Program-made: the position numbers and the translations under genes
Shown here: positions 28,929 to 39,587 of the stretch, one piece after another
How positions within the stretch are numbered: the stretch's first letter is position 1
How the letters are laid out: each line of letters opens with the position of its first letter
Notes under the pieces: generated by a model
Database searches by the model: none
What the model saw: the letters and a program-made list of their open reading frames with translations, nothing else
Told to the model about the DNA's origin: nothing
Assembly (NCBI RefSeq): GCF_000142905.1
Contig: NW_013657615.1
Coordinates: 124,001-188,000, forward strand
DNA: 64,000 nt
Reading direction: 5' to 3'
Origin: Thecamonas trahens ATCC 50062
Taxonomy: Eukaryota > Protista > Apusomonadida

Positions 28929-29909
28929 CTACGCATTCGCGATGCAGGTCGGGCAGAACCACGAGCCAGAGGGGATGACCGCTACCTTGACGCAGGAGAG
29001 ATGATACCACTTGGTGACACAGTCTGGACCGTCGCATCCGATCCACTTGTCGGTCACCTTGCCGTTGCACACGCACCAACCCTCGGCGGCTCCAGTGCTC
29101 GCGGCGGCTCCGGTGCTCGCGGCGATTCCGGTGCTCGCGCTGCCGGCAGTGCTGGCGGCGGCGGCGGACACTGTGCTCGCAGTCGAGCTGGTGACCATCG
29201 GCACCACGTCTGCCGCCGGCTTGCTCGGCGGTGGCATGACGCCGACCGGCGACGGCTTCTTGGACAGAAGCTCGATTTTCATCGGTTGCGGGCCGGCGCC
29301 CGAGCGCGCGGCGGCGAGCTCTGTCAGGCGCTCGTTGCGGCGACGGGCGTACTCCTCCTTGGAGAGGATGTCAACCGACGATCCGGGCTTTCCTTCGGCT
29401 TTTGCAGCCTCGATGGCAGCCACAGCGCGGCCACCATCGTCGGCAACGAGGACACCGGCTTTCCACGCGCCGGAAGCGACGCCAATGCCATGGTTGAACT
29501 TGCGGACGGTCTCGATCTCCTCCAGCGAGGCCGGGTGCCAGCCGCGGTACTCTGACAAGTTCTGGCGACCAAGTAGGCGCTGCGTCTTGACTCTCAGCTG
29601 CTGATTGGTCCACCCGGGCAGCAAGTCCTTGATCATGGACGTGTATCCGCCCACGCCATACTGCATCAGCCCAGCGATGAGCAGCGCACGCTCATTGGCG
29701 CCCCACTTATGACTCTTCTGCGTATCCATGTGCTCATCCCAATCCTTCTTGGACGGACGAAAGTAGTTCTGCCGCAGCCGACCATCGGCCTCGATCACCT
29801 CCTTTGGCGAGAACAGCAGCCGCAGTCGCCGCGCATACTCCTGCTTGGCCGCCTCGCTCTCCAGCGGGCTGTCCCCAATGCGCTCCGCCCCCTCACCGCC
29901 ACCTCCCAT
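28929..29909 (-). CDS. p2-like subunit of the MTA1/AMT1 6mA methyltransferase complex fused to a C-terminal PHD finger
   Basis: QEYARRLRLLFS...DGRLRQNYF...KWGANERALLIAGLMQYGVG...LRVKTQRLLGRQNLSEYRG...RKFNHGIG follows the p2 pattern (YAxxxRxxxS...DG...YF...W...L..G...FGVG...LG...EY.G). PHD is WCVC..WIGCDGPDC..KWYHLSC..WFCPTC. The start could be 29965 if the C4 run at 29929 is C5. Confidence 0.75.
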   Translation of the reverse strand: MGGGGEGAERIGDSPLESEAAKQEYARRLRLLFSPKEVIEADGRLRQNYFRPSKKDWDEHMDTQKSHKWGANERALLIAGLMQYGVGGYTSMIKDLLPGWTNQQLRVKTQRLLGRQNLSEYRGWHPASLEEIETVRKFNHGIGVASGAWKAGVLVADDGGRAVAAIEAAKAEGKPGSSVDILSKEEYARRRNERLTELAAARSGAGPQPMKIELLSKKPSPVGVMPPPSKPAADVVPMVTSSTASTVSAAAASTAGSASTGIAASTGAAASTGAAEGWCVCNGKVTDKWIGCDGPDCVTKWYHLSCVKVAVIPSGSWFCPTCIANA

Positions 29910-30171
29910 ACCCTCTCCGCTCGCACCACCCCTCCCGTTGCCACCGTCTTCTCGCTTTCAGCCATGTCGCCGTCCCTCGTCTTGTCGCGCCCTTCCTCCG
30001 TCGCCTGCTCTGGAGTCGAGTCGTGTGGTCTGCCAAGCCGTGGCCCGACTCCTCCGAATCGCCGCCCGACATGACCCGACTCCCGCTCTGGTCTCCCCCA
30101 CCCATCGGCGCCTTGATGGGGCAAGGCTCTCTTCTCGCAGCTGTTCTGGTTTATCTCCTTGTTCCGCTTTG

Positions 30172-31374
30172 TCACCGGTGCCAGCGCCGGCGGCGGACGT
30201 TGGAAGAGCGGACGGCGCCCTCGGCACCGATGCGGCGGCGGGCGCGAGCAGCTTCGCGCTCCTCGGCGCGTTTGCGGGCCTCGTCGGCAGCCTTGGCCTC
30301 GGCACGGACAACTGCGAGTTGGGCACGGATGGCCTGGATGTCGTCGACGCGGTCTTGGATGATGCGCGAGGCCGACTCGGTGGAGAGGCCGAGCTTGGGA
30401 ATGCCAAACTTGGCCTCGGCCGGGTTGTCGGAGAGCTCGATGTCGACAACAACGCCGCACTGCGCTGCGTCCTCAAGCCACTCGCCCTCAAGCATTTTGT
30501 TCTTGGAGACAAAGTACCATCGGCCGGGCCCATCCTTGACGTCATGCGACCACGAGCCTTCAAAGACGTCGCCGTTAGCAAAGAAGGCCTTGCCAAAGCC
30601 GGACCGCTCGTCGTCGCGCCACTCGCCCTCGTACCGCAGTCCATCGGCGGCGTAGACCATGGTGCCCCAGCCAGAGCGGCGGCCGTGGGCCCACTCGCCC
30701 TCGTACACGTTGCCGCTGGGCCAGTAGCGGGTCCCGAGACCGTGGCGAGCGTCGGCCAGCCATCCGCCCGAGTACTCGAGAAACAGCTCCTCGATGCCGG
30801 CGGTCTCGCCCCTGGCGGCAGCCTCTTCGGCAGCCTTGGCCTCGACGACCTGGCCATCACTGTCGACGATGACCATTCTCCAAAAGGTGCCGCGACCCTG
30901 GCGCATGTCGTCCTCAAACTCGCCCTCGTAGCGATCGCCGTTGGCCCAGATCTCGACGCCATGGCCATGCCTCAGATCCTTCCGCCACTCTCCGGTATAC
31001 TCGGATCCATCGACCGCATACACCGTGTTCCGCTCACCATGTCGCCAAGCCAAGGGGTACGTCGTCACGTCTTCTCCAAACGGTCCCGCCCGAGTATGCT
31101 CATCGCCACCATTAACCGTCCTCGGCCGTCCTGTCGCTCTCCGCCCTCCCACCCGTCCGCCTGTCCCTGTGCTTGTCCGCCCGCTGCTGTTGCCGGCCCG
31201 TTTGCGCCTCGTGCCCGACACAGCTGCCTTGACCGTCTTCCGCATCTGCCGTCCCCCATGGTGCTGCCGAGCGCCATGCCGACCACCACCACCACCACCC
31301 TCTCGACCGCCCTGGTACGACTGCCGTGTGCTCACCGAGCTGAACGACGACTCGGAACACGTCTCCGCACTCAT
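30172..31374 (-). CDS. MORN3: MORN-repeat protein, MORN3-like
   Basis: VYAVDGSEYTGEW..., repeated YEGEW..G.G units, and terminal EGEWLEDAAQCG...FGIPKL as in MORN3. Confidence 0.82.
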   Translation of the reverse strand: MSAETCSESSFSSVSTRQSYQGGREGGGGGGRHGARQHHGGRQMRKTVKAAVSGTRRKRAGNSSGRTSTGTGGRVGGRRATGRPRTVNGGDEHTRAGPFGEDVTTYPLAWRHGERNTVYAVDGSEYTGEWRKDLRHGHGVEIWANGDRYEGEFEDDMRQGRGTFWRMVIVDSDGQVVEAKAAEEAAARGETAGIEELFLEYSGGWLADARHGLGTRYWPSGNVYEGEWAHGRRSGWGTMVYAADGLRYEGEWRDDERSGFGKAFFANGDVFEGSWSHDVKDGPGRWYFVSKNKMLEGEWLEDAAQCGVVVDIELSDNPAEAKFGIPKLGLSTESASRIIQDRVDDIQAIRAQLAVVRAEAKAADEARKRAEEREAARARRRIGAEGAVRSSNVRRRRWHR

Positions 31375-31532
31375 CGTCGACCGTTTGCTTGCTTGGTCGA
31401 GTCTGGAGAAGAGTGGTCCTTGACGCCGTTGTCCACTGCCGCCTCCCTCTCCCCCTTCTCCGCGTCGCTCTCGGTGCTGTCGTCCTGCCGTTTGCCGTTG
31501 CTGGTTCGTTCGAGCGTTCGTTGGCTGCCACC

Positions 31533-32209
31533 CCAACAATCGTTACCCACTCCAACAATCATTGTCTTGTCCAACTAATCGTTACTCACTCCAACAATCA
31601 TTCTCTTGTCCAACTAATCGTCACTCCAACAATCATTCTCTTGTCCAACTAATCGTTACCCACTCCAACAATCATTCTCTTGTCCAACTAATCGTTACCC
31701 ACTCCAACAATCATTCTCTTGTCCAACTAATCGTTACCCACTCCAACAATCATTCTCTTGTCCAACTAATCGTTACCCACTCCAACAATCATTCTCTTGT
31801 CCAACTAATCGTTACTCACTCCAACAATCATTCTCTTGTCCAACTAATCGTTACCCACTCCAACAATCATTCTCTTGTCCAACTAATCGTTACTCACTCC
31901 AACAATCATTCTCTTGTCCAACTAATCGTTACCCACTCCAACAATCATTCTCTTGTCCAACTAATCGTTACCCACTCCAACAATCATTCTCTTGTCCAAC
32001 TAATCGTTACTCACTCCAACAATCATTCTCTTGTCCAACTAATCGTTACCCACTCCAACAATCATTCTCTTGTCCAACTAATCGTTACCCACTCCAACAA
32101 TCATTCTCTTGTCCAACTAATCGTTACCCACTCCAACAATCATTCTCTTGTCCAACTAATCGTTACTCACTCCAACAATCATTCTCTTGTCCAACTAATC
32201 GTTACCCAC
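31533..32209. repeat. 39-bp AT-richer minisatellite, about 17 copies
   Basis: CCAACTAATCGTTACYCACTCCAACAATCATTCTCTTGT head to tail with no spacers; one copy near 31620 has a short deletion. Confidence 0.97.
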
Positions 32210-32225
32210 CTGGCTCCACCCCACA

Positions 32226-33854
32226 ATGGCCGTCACACTCTCCCGTGCAGGCAAGGAGACGTTCTCGGTCTCACTGCAACTCTCCATAGAGCCACTGGCC
32301 TTGCCAACGCCAACCTCTCCCGCTGTCCGCCCCTTCTCGGTCACCCTCTCCACCCATGGCTCGCCAGCAGCCAACGCCCCGCTCCTCGCCCCGACCGTCG
32401 ATGGGGCCATGCTCCGCTGCGCATGGCCCGCCCCGCTCGAGATCACCACAAAGATGCTGCTGGCAAAGGACGGCCGCTCCCTGAGGGCAAAGCCGGCCCG
32501 CATCTCATTGATGCAGGCCAAGAAGATCGGCTCGCGGAGAATCCGCCCGGTCGCCGTCGCAGACATCGATCTCGCCGCCTACCATTCTGCACCGGCTCGC
32601 GATCTGGTCTTGCCCATGGTCCTGACGGGCGCCGGGAGCAAGGTGTTTGCCTCGGTCCAGGCCGTCATTTCTGTTGCTGTTACTGACGCGCCTGACGACG
32701 ACAACAGCGTGGTCGATGGCAGGGCCGGCCCGCGGTCGCGCGAGGAGCTTCTCTGTGCGCCGCACGCACTCATTGTGGCGACGACAAAGCCCGGCGTCCT
32801 TGTCGAGACCATCATCGAAGGCCGCCATCAGAAGGCTACGCCCGGCGGAGGAAGCGGCAAGGACAAAGCCAAGGCCAAGGGCAAAGCCAAGGCGCCGTCG
32901 ACGGTTGTTGAGCTGGCAACCGTCGATCCGGCGAGTCTGCCCATGGGCGACGTGTTTGTTGACGCTGCACCGCGGACCGGCTTTGCCGGCATCGTTGTCC
33001 TCGGCTCGTCACTTGCTATCTTCCTCTTTGCTGTCTCGTCGTACGAGCAGCTGATGGAGGCGCTGCGACAGGCGACGTTCTCAACCTCGATGTTCCGCTT
33101 TGCGGGCGTCCACCTCTCGGGCCGCATTCCGGGCCTTGCGCTTGAACCAGTCCGCGAAGCTGCGCTTCTTGTTCCGCTCTCGATCAATGGCCGCATCGGT
33201 GAGCTCTCGCGGCGAATGCTTGGCCTCGCCTCGCCGCCGCTGGCCGACGAGCAAGCGCGGCTGTTTGGCGCGCGGCTTCTTGCGCTGCAGACACTGAGCA
33301 ACGGCTTTCCGATCAGCATCAACGACGCCGACGTCGCTGCCTACGCCGCTGCCCTCCCCGACTACCGCCGTGTCGACGCCGAGCGCTGGGCATCGGCCGC
33401 AGCGCGGCGCGAAAACATGTCGCGCGACGACCTGGTCGCCGAGGCCGCCGCCGCCGGCGCCACCGCCGCCGCCGCCGTTGCCCACGCAGCCCAGCTCGCA
33501 GCCTCGCTCACGGCGGCCGACTCACGGATGGAGACTGCCGAGCTCTCTGTCCGCGCCCTCCGCGCCACGCTCACCAACGAGCGCGACGAGCGTGCTGCTG
33601 AGGCCGCCGCCGCCGACGCCCGGGAAGCTAAGCTCAACGTTGCTATCGACGAGGCCCACGCCGCACTTGATCGCGAGCGTGCCGCCCGCACCGCCCTTGC
33701 TGCCGAAAACACCGCCCTTGCCGCCGAGCTCGAAGCCACCCAACTCGAGCTGGCTCAGCTCAAGGCCGATTTTGCCAACCAGAGCGTCAAGCTCGCCGAC
33801 ACTGCCTACCGCGCCGAGCAAGCCGAGCTTGTTGCCCGATCCCGCCGGGCGTAG
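32226..33854 (+). CDS. NT-C2 (EEIG1/EHBP1-type) domain + coiled-coil protein
   Basis: AWPAPLEITTKM...KPARISL...VAVADIDLAAY pattern, then an Ala/Glu-rich C-terminal coiled coil. Confidence 0.6.
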   Translation: MAVTLSRAGKETFSVSLQLSIEPLALPTPTSPAVRPFSVTLSTHGSPAANAPLLAPTVDGAMLRCAWPAPLEITTKMLLAKDGRSLRAKPARISLMQAKKIGSRRIRPVAVADIDLAAYHSAPARDLVLPMVLTGAGSKVFASVQAVISVAVTDAPDDDNSVVDGRAGPRSREELLCAPHALIVATTKPGVLVETIIEGRHQKATPGGGSGKDKAKAKGKAKAPSTVVELATVDPASLPMGDVFVDAAPRTGFAGIVVLGSSLAIFLFAVSSYEQLMEALRQATFSTSMFRFAGVHLSGRIPGLALEPVREAALLVPLSINGRIGELSRRMLGLASPPLADEQARLFGARLLALQTLSNGFPISINDADVAAYAAALPDYRRVDAERWASAAARRENMSRDDLVAEAAAAGATAAAAVAHAAQLAASLTAADSRMETAELSVRALRATLTNERDERAAEAAAADAREAKLNVAIDEAHAALDRERAARTALAAENTALAAELEATQLELAQLKADFANQSVKLADTAYRAEQAELVARSRRA

Positions 33855-33872
33855 CCCCCCCCCCCCCCCCCC

Positions 33873-35030
33873 ATGGCGGAATCGCTGTCATCAAACCCCC
33901 CCCAACCCCTCAACCCCCACACTCCCCAAGCTGATCAGACGAGCCGGCCGGTCGGATGGCCACCGCTCTCGCCTGCCGTCCAACCAATGTTCGCTGTGCG
34001 AGGAGGAACATGCATGGCCAGGCGAATGAGACCCATGGCAGAGGCAGTGGCAGCCGCTGCCGGCATGCCATGGGCATACAAGGCAAGGATGATGTCAAGT
34101 GGCTCGAATGGCCTTCTCGAGGTGCCTGGACCGCTTACCGGTGGCGTGCTCAACCGATTCCTCACCCTCGAGCTGACGCTAACTCCTTCTGCGGCAGACG
34201 GTATTCCCGATGACACGGCTGCCGACATCTTTGCCGCTGCCGCAGAGGCATGGATGGCTGCCGGCGTTCGATCTGTCCTGCTCACCCTTCCTGCTTCTGC
34301 TGCGCGTCTTGTTCCGCTCGCCCAAGCTGCTCAGCTTCCTTCTGCCCTCGCATCGTCATCATCATCGCCGTCGTCGTCATCGGTCGCACCACCGCTGTTC
34401 AAGCTTCACCATGCATCACCGGAGAACAACACCATCACGCTTGGGGCATGGCTCCGGGACTCGCCTAACTCGCTCCCGCTCTATGCTACACACTCGGTTG
34501 GGTGCGGCGGGCTGGTACTCGGACCGGATGAGACGCTGCTGGTGGTGCGGGAGCATGGCGATCTGCGCGACGGTCCCGATGCTCGGCCATCGCAGTGGAA
34601 GTTGCCTGGGGGTGCGGCAGACGTGGGCGAGGATCTACATGCTGCTGCTGTCCGCGAGGTCTACGAGGAGACCGGCGTCGAGACCGAGCCTGTTGGCCTC
34701 ATGGCTGTTCGCCAACTCCACGGCTTCCGCTTTGGCATCGGCGACATTTACTTTGTCTTTGCACTGCGACTCAAGGACGCGAATGCCAGCCTCGACGCCC
34801 ACCAGCCGCTACCGTGTCCGAACGAGCTGTACGACGCTGCGTGGCTTCCCATCCGTGACTACGCCGCCATTGAGAGCCTCTCGCCGATGAACCGCGCCGT
34901 GGCCGACGCGCTGGTCGCGGCGCTCGACACTGACTCGCTCAACGTGTGGGAGCTCTCGCGGCTGCACTACACACAGCCACCGGTCTCTGGCGCCGCACGG
35001 TCGTCGATCATGTTCATGGCATCGCTCTAG
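33873..35030 (+). CDS. NUDT6: Nudix hydrolase, NUDT6-like
   Basis: LPLYATHSVGCGGLV, WKLPGGAADVGEDLHAAAVREVYEETGV (Nudix box), RQLHGFRFGIGDIYFV. A downstream ATG may be the real start. Confidence 0.85.
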   Translation: MAESLSSNPPQPLNPHTPQADQTSRPVGWPPLSPAVQPMFAVRGGTCMARRMRPMAEAVAAAAGMPWAYKARMMSSGSNGLLEVPGPLTGGVLNRFLTLELTLTPSAADGIPDDTAADIFAAAAEAWMAAGVRSVLLTLPASAARLVPLAQAAQLPSALASSSSSPSSSSVAPPLFKLHHASPENNTITLGAWLRDSPNSLPLYATHSVGCGGLVLGPDETLLVVREHGDLRDGPDARPSQWKLPGGAADVGEDLHAAAVREVYEETGVETEPVGLMAVRQLHGFRFGIGDIYFVFALRLKDANASLDAHQPLPCPNELYDAAWLPIRDYAAIESLSPMNRAVADALVAALDTDSLNVWELSRLHYTQPPVSGAARSSIMFMASL

Positions 35031-36241
35031 ACCGGCGCGCTCCACGTCCGCACCACCTTGTCGTACCCGCCCGAGGCGAGGCAGCCGGCAGAGGCATCCC
35101 ACGCCAAGTCGCGGATGGTGTGCTCGTGGGCACCCAGGACTGCCATCTGCTCGCCGGTGCCGAGATCAAAGGCGTAGATGGAGCGGTCCTGTGAAGTGAC
35201 TGCAAAGTACCGTTGGGTAAAGACCGACGCCGGGAGGGCGTATCCGTTGTTGGCCGGCCCGCGCATGTGCCGCACTGGCCCGCCGGGCGTCCGCACGTCA
35301 AACAGCAGGCTCTTGGACTTGTCAGTGGTGGCCATGACCAAGAACGACTCGTCGTGGCACGGAACCGCCAGATCCAAAACCGAGTAGTCTGCCCAGGCAT
35401 CGCCGAGCGGGTTCATGTTGTAGCTCGTCACCGTCCCGCTGGCAACGTCAATGAGGCTGAGCGCCGGCGACTCGCGCGGCGCCGCCACAAGTGTCTCGGG
35501 TGCGCCCGAGGTTGTGGGCAGGAACACCACGCCCTCGATGTTGGCGTCAAAGCTGGCGCGATGGACAACGGCGCCGTCGCGGAGGAGCGCGACCGTGTGG
35601 TCGTAGCTCGCTGACGCCGCCACCGATCCGTCGCGAGCCATCGCCACGGTACAGACCGGCCCGCTGTGAGCAGCAATCTTTGATGCTACCACAAGGCCAC
35701 CATCATCGGTCTCGGCTACCAGCGCCACGCCGCCAGCCATGTCAGAGACGATGACGCTCGGGCCGCTAGTAGCCTCGCACGCCGCGTCCATGGCGACGAC
35801 CGGGCCGGCGAGAACGCTCGCAAGGGTGGCGACCGGCTCGTCGCGCGACTCATTCGGCGCCCACAGGCGCAGCGTCGAGTCGACGCATCCGCTCAGCAAC
35901 CGGCCCGGGCCGAGATAGGCGAGGCTGGTGACGTTTGCCGGGTGAGGCAGCGGCGCGAGTTGATGGGCGGCGGGAGCATCGACAAAGGCAATGTCGCCAG
36001 CAGGCAGACCCGCCATCAGTACAGCATCATCCGAGTCGGGATCGGCAGCAAGTGTCGGCTCGACCACATCCAGAAGCGCCGCCAGTCGTGCCAGCGAGCG
36101 GATGAGCATCTGCGGCTCGCCCGATGGAGCGTACTCACGGCCTACCTCGCGCTCGAGCTCAAGGAGGGTGCCATGGAGACCACGCTCGAACAGATACTGC
36201 ATGACCATGTCCTCGACGGCAGATGTGCTGGGGGCAGACAT
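35027..36241 (-). CDS. LisH + WD40-repeat protein
   Basis: MVMQYLFERGLHGTLLELERE (LisH); WD units LLSGCVDSTLRLW, ASASYDHTV, LASGGYDKVVRTW. Confidence 0.82.
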   Translation of the reverse strand: MSAPSTSAVEDMVMQYLFERGLHGTLLELEREVGREYAPSGEPQMLIRSLARLAALLDVVEPTLAADPDSDDAVLMAGLPAGDIAFVDAPAAHQLAPLPHPANVTSLAYLGPGRLLSGCVDSTLRLWAPNESRDEPVATLASVLAGPVVAMDAACEATSGPSVIVSDMAGGVALVAETDDGGLVVASKIAAHSGPVCTVAMARDGSVAASASYDHTVALLRDGAVVHRASFDANIEGVVFLPTTSGAPETLVAAPRESPALSLIDVASGTVTSYNMNPLGDAWADYSVLDLAVPCHDESFLVMATTDKSKSLLFDVRTPGGPVRHMRGPANNGYALPASVFTQRYFAVTSQDRSIYAFDLGTGEQMAVLGAHEHTIRDLAWDASAGCLASGGYDKVVRTWSAPV

Positions 36242-36435
36242 GGTGTGGGTATGGGTGTGGGTTGGGGTGGGGTGTATGGCTGTGTATGGGCTCGAGGGGG
36301 GTAAGAGGCTGGCTACTGTTCCTGGCTGCCCAGGATGATCCTAGCTGACGGGCGCGTCCAACCAACCCCACACCAGTTTACCATGCAGATGTCAAAACGG
36401 GCGGATGCGTGCTCACACGAGCACACACACACACA

Positions 36436-38990
36436 CTACTGCTGCCACTGGCCGCCAGTGCCGGCACCTGCGGGTGCCTGCTGGTAGCCACCCTGGCCAA
36501 AGGCGGCCTGCGGGTTGTACTGGCCGAGGCCAGCGCCGGCGCCGCCGTACATGAACGACGGGTTGCCGAGCGGGTTGACGCCGAGGTTGGCCTGGTCATA
36601 ACCGCCCTGGGCACCAGCAGCGGCAGCGTCCTGGCCGGCGCCGGGGAGGAAGGACTCGGGGGTGCCGGCCTGCTGGCCAGCGGCGTCACCGCCAGCGGCG
36701 GCGCCAAAGGCCTGGCCGCCGTACATGTTCTGCGCAAACTGCGGGGCCATGTACGCGGGCTGCTTGTACGCGCCGGGCGGGTACATGTACGAGCCGGGGT
36801 AGTAGCCGGGCATCGGCATGTGCATGCCGAACATCGGCTGCTGGGCGCCGTCTGCGGCGTCACCCTGGCCGGCGTCGCCAGCCTGGCCCGCCTGGCCGGC
36901 GGCACCAAAGGCCGAGGCGTCCATGCCGGGCGCGGCCGCGCCGTGCATGCCAGGCATGCCGGGCATACCCATGCCCATACCGGGCATACCCATGCCCATG
37001 CCGGGCATACCCATGCCCATGCCGGGCATGCCCATGCCGCCGGAGAGGTCGCCACCGGCGCCGGCCGGAACGCCATACGCCGACGGGTCGTAGCCGCCAA
37101 ACTGCTGCTGCTGCTGCTGCGGCATGCCACCCTGTGCGGCGGCAGCCTTGTCATCACCACCCTCGGCGCCCTGCTGCGCACCCTGCTGCGGCATGCCGCC
37201 GTAGCCACCCATGCCGAGCGACGGCATGCCCATCATCGAGCCGAACGGCGCACCCGAACGCGCAAACATGGCCTGCTGGCCGAGCGGCTGCTGGCCGAGC
37301 GGCATGCCAGCCATGCCAGCCATCGGCATGCCAGCCATGCCGGGGAGGCCGCCCATGCCGGCACCCGGGAACTGCTGGCCCTGGGCCGGGGCCTGGGCCG
37401 CCTCACCCTGGGTCGCCTCGCCACCCTGCGGGAAGAGGCCGTACGAGCCGAGCGGCTGGATCGGCGCGCCCGGAGCGGCAGCCTCGGGCATGATGGCCCG
37501 GGCGTCACCCTGGACCGGCGCCGGCGCCGGCGCGGCGGCGGCGGCGGCGGCGGCGGCGGGAGCGTCCGCCGCACCCGCGGCCTTGCCACCTGCACCTGCA
37601 CCCTCGCCGTCACCCTTGCGGCGTCCGCCACGCTTGCGGCGCGGGCGCTTCGCGCGCTTCTCCTCGTCGGCGGCGCCGCTCGCGTCTCCGGCCGCAGCAG
37701 GGCGGTCCGAGCCGGGCGCGCCCGCCTGACGGGCTCCCTGTCCAGGTGCAGCGTCGGCAGCAGAGCCAGGCGCAGAACCCGTCTTGTTGGCGGCAGCCGC
37801 CGGCGCAGGCGCCGCCGGCTTCACAGCCTTGCGTGCACCCGCAGACGCCATCGCCGCATACGACATGCCCGACGAGACGGCACGCACAGGTGCGGGCGCA
37901 GGCGCCGCAACCTCACCGTCGTACTCGGGCACTGCCGGGGCCGCAACTGGTGCCGGTGCCGGCGCCGGCGCCGGGGCTGCAGCCACCGGCGGCCGCCCGC
38001 GCCCGTTGGCACCGAGCATCGGCCGGCCACCCTCGCGCCGGCCGCCTTCGCGCCGGCCACCCTCGCGCTGTCCACCCTCGCGGCGACCACCGTCACGACG
38101 GCCGCCATCACGCCGGCCGCCGTCACGCCCGTCGCGCCGGGAGCCGCGCCCGCGGCCCTGGCGGCGGTTGCGCCGCTCCTGCTCTGCGCGCTCGGCCTTC
38201 TTCTTCTGCTTCTTGGTCTTCTTGTCCTCGACCTGCGACCACGAGTTGGCGTCTGTGTGTATCTCCGAGACCATGCCTCCTGCGTGAGTCGTCTGGCGGC
38301 TGGCGCACTCGCACACGCTGGCCCGCTCACGCTGGCCAAAAAAGGTCGCAATCACACCAGGAGCGCCTCCCGCCCACTCTCCCCGCCCCCCCCCCCCCCC
38401 CCTCGTCACCATGTCTGCCCTTGCTCGTGGCTCGGCGGCCCGGGCAACAGGCGTGTTGTGTGCAAGACCCATACGTGGAATACGTGCCACTTGTTGCTAC
38501 CGTGCCAGCCGACCGCGAGTGTGACCTCCCTGGGCGGAAGGCGGGGGAAAGGGGGCGAGCGCGGGAGCGGGTTTGGTTTGGCCATGTCAGCGACCGACCG
38601 AGTCGCGTTCGTTTTGGCAAGTGGGAGCTCAAGGTTGGACGAGGCCTACCGGGCGGATACGGAAGGGCAGAAGGACGGGAATTGGGGGAGAACAGTAGAG
38701 GCAATGTTGTGGAGGCTGGTAGGAGGGAGGGAGGGTGGGGAGGTGACAGAGAGGGGGGAGGGAGGGGGGAGGAGGGGGTGTGAGGAAGGACCAATTTTTT
38801 GGCCGCCCATCCACTCGTTGGTGGTGACTGTATTGGAAGACGTACGCTCGAGGAGGTAGGTGACGGCCTGCTCCTTGTCGCCGTTGGCGTAGGAGAGTGC
38901 GTATGCAATGTCTTCGTCTGCGTGGCCCGGGAGAATGCTCCGGAGCTGCTTGACCTTGGCCGCCGTTCGCGGCGATGTAGGCGTCGCCAT
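36436..38990 (-). CDS. UBA/CUE + RGG + G/Q/M/Y low-complexity protein (UBAP2/Lingerer/Def1-like); exons 38990-38846, 38252-36436
   Basis: KVKQLRSILPGHADEDIAYALSYANGDKEQAVTYLLE|HANSWSQVEDKK, then RGG/REGG repeats and a prion-like tail. Phase-1 intron GTACGT..CACAG. Confidence 0.72.
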
Positions 38991-39089
38991 CTGTATATGT
39001 GTGTGGGGTGTGGAGACGTGTGCCCTCTGTCGACTGCGAGGCACCCGGCACGAACGAGCAAGCGGACCATCAAAGTCTGAAGACACAGT

Positions 39090-39170
39090 TGAACGAACGA
39101 ACGAACGAACGAACGAACGAATAAACGTATGAATGAATGATGGAATGGAAGGAAGGAAGGAAAGAAGGAA
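39090..39170. repeat. Compound (GAAC)n/(GAAT)n/(GAAG)n microsatellite
   Basis: Read directly from sequence. Confidence 0.85.
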
Positions 39171-39587
39171 TGGCGCCAGCCGTGCGAGTGCTTCCATCAT
39201 TGGCGATTGATGCAAGGGCCAGGGGCGAGTCATAGTCATGAAGTGCAAGCACGAGCGAGGCGATGGTCCACGAAAACAAATGCCCCGCATGAGGATGGAG
39301 GGGTACGCCGTGGCAACCTGTTCTGGGTGGCTTATCAATGGCTTGTGACCCAAATGCGCCTCGATGAAATCTGCTCGCGACCAGGCGACCAGGCGACCAG
39401 CATCAGCCAACGCCATTCGAGTTGATAAGGGAAGTGACGAGATCGGCACACCTCACTCGAGCACGAGCCACACGGACTCGAGACCCAGACTCGAGACCCA
39501 GACTCGGAGCAAGGCATACCTTTGTCAACACACGTGGAGGCAGCTCGACGTGACTCTGTTGAATCTTGACCGTCCACCGATCTCAGC

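Noticed and set aside
31533-32209. CRISPR-like array, or the (IVTHSNNHSLVQL)n ORF 31562-32686
   Set aside because: Units are contiguous with no unique spacers and no cas genes are present. The ORF arises because 39 is a multiple of 3.
36409-38859. 816-aa plus-strand ORF
   Set aside because: Antisense shadow of the UBAP2-like gene, with no recognisable motifs.
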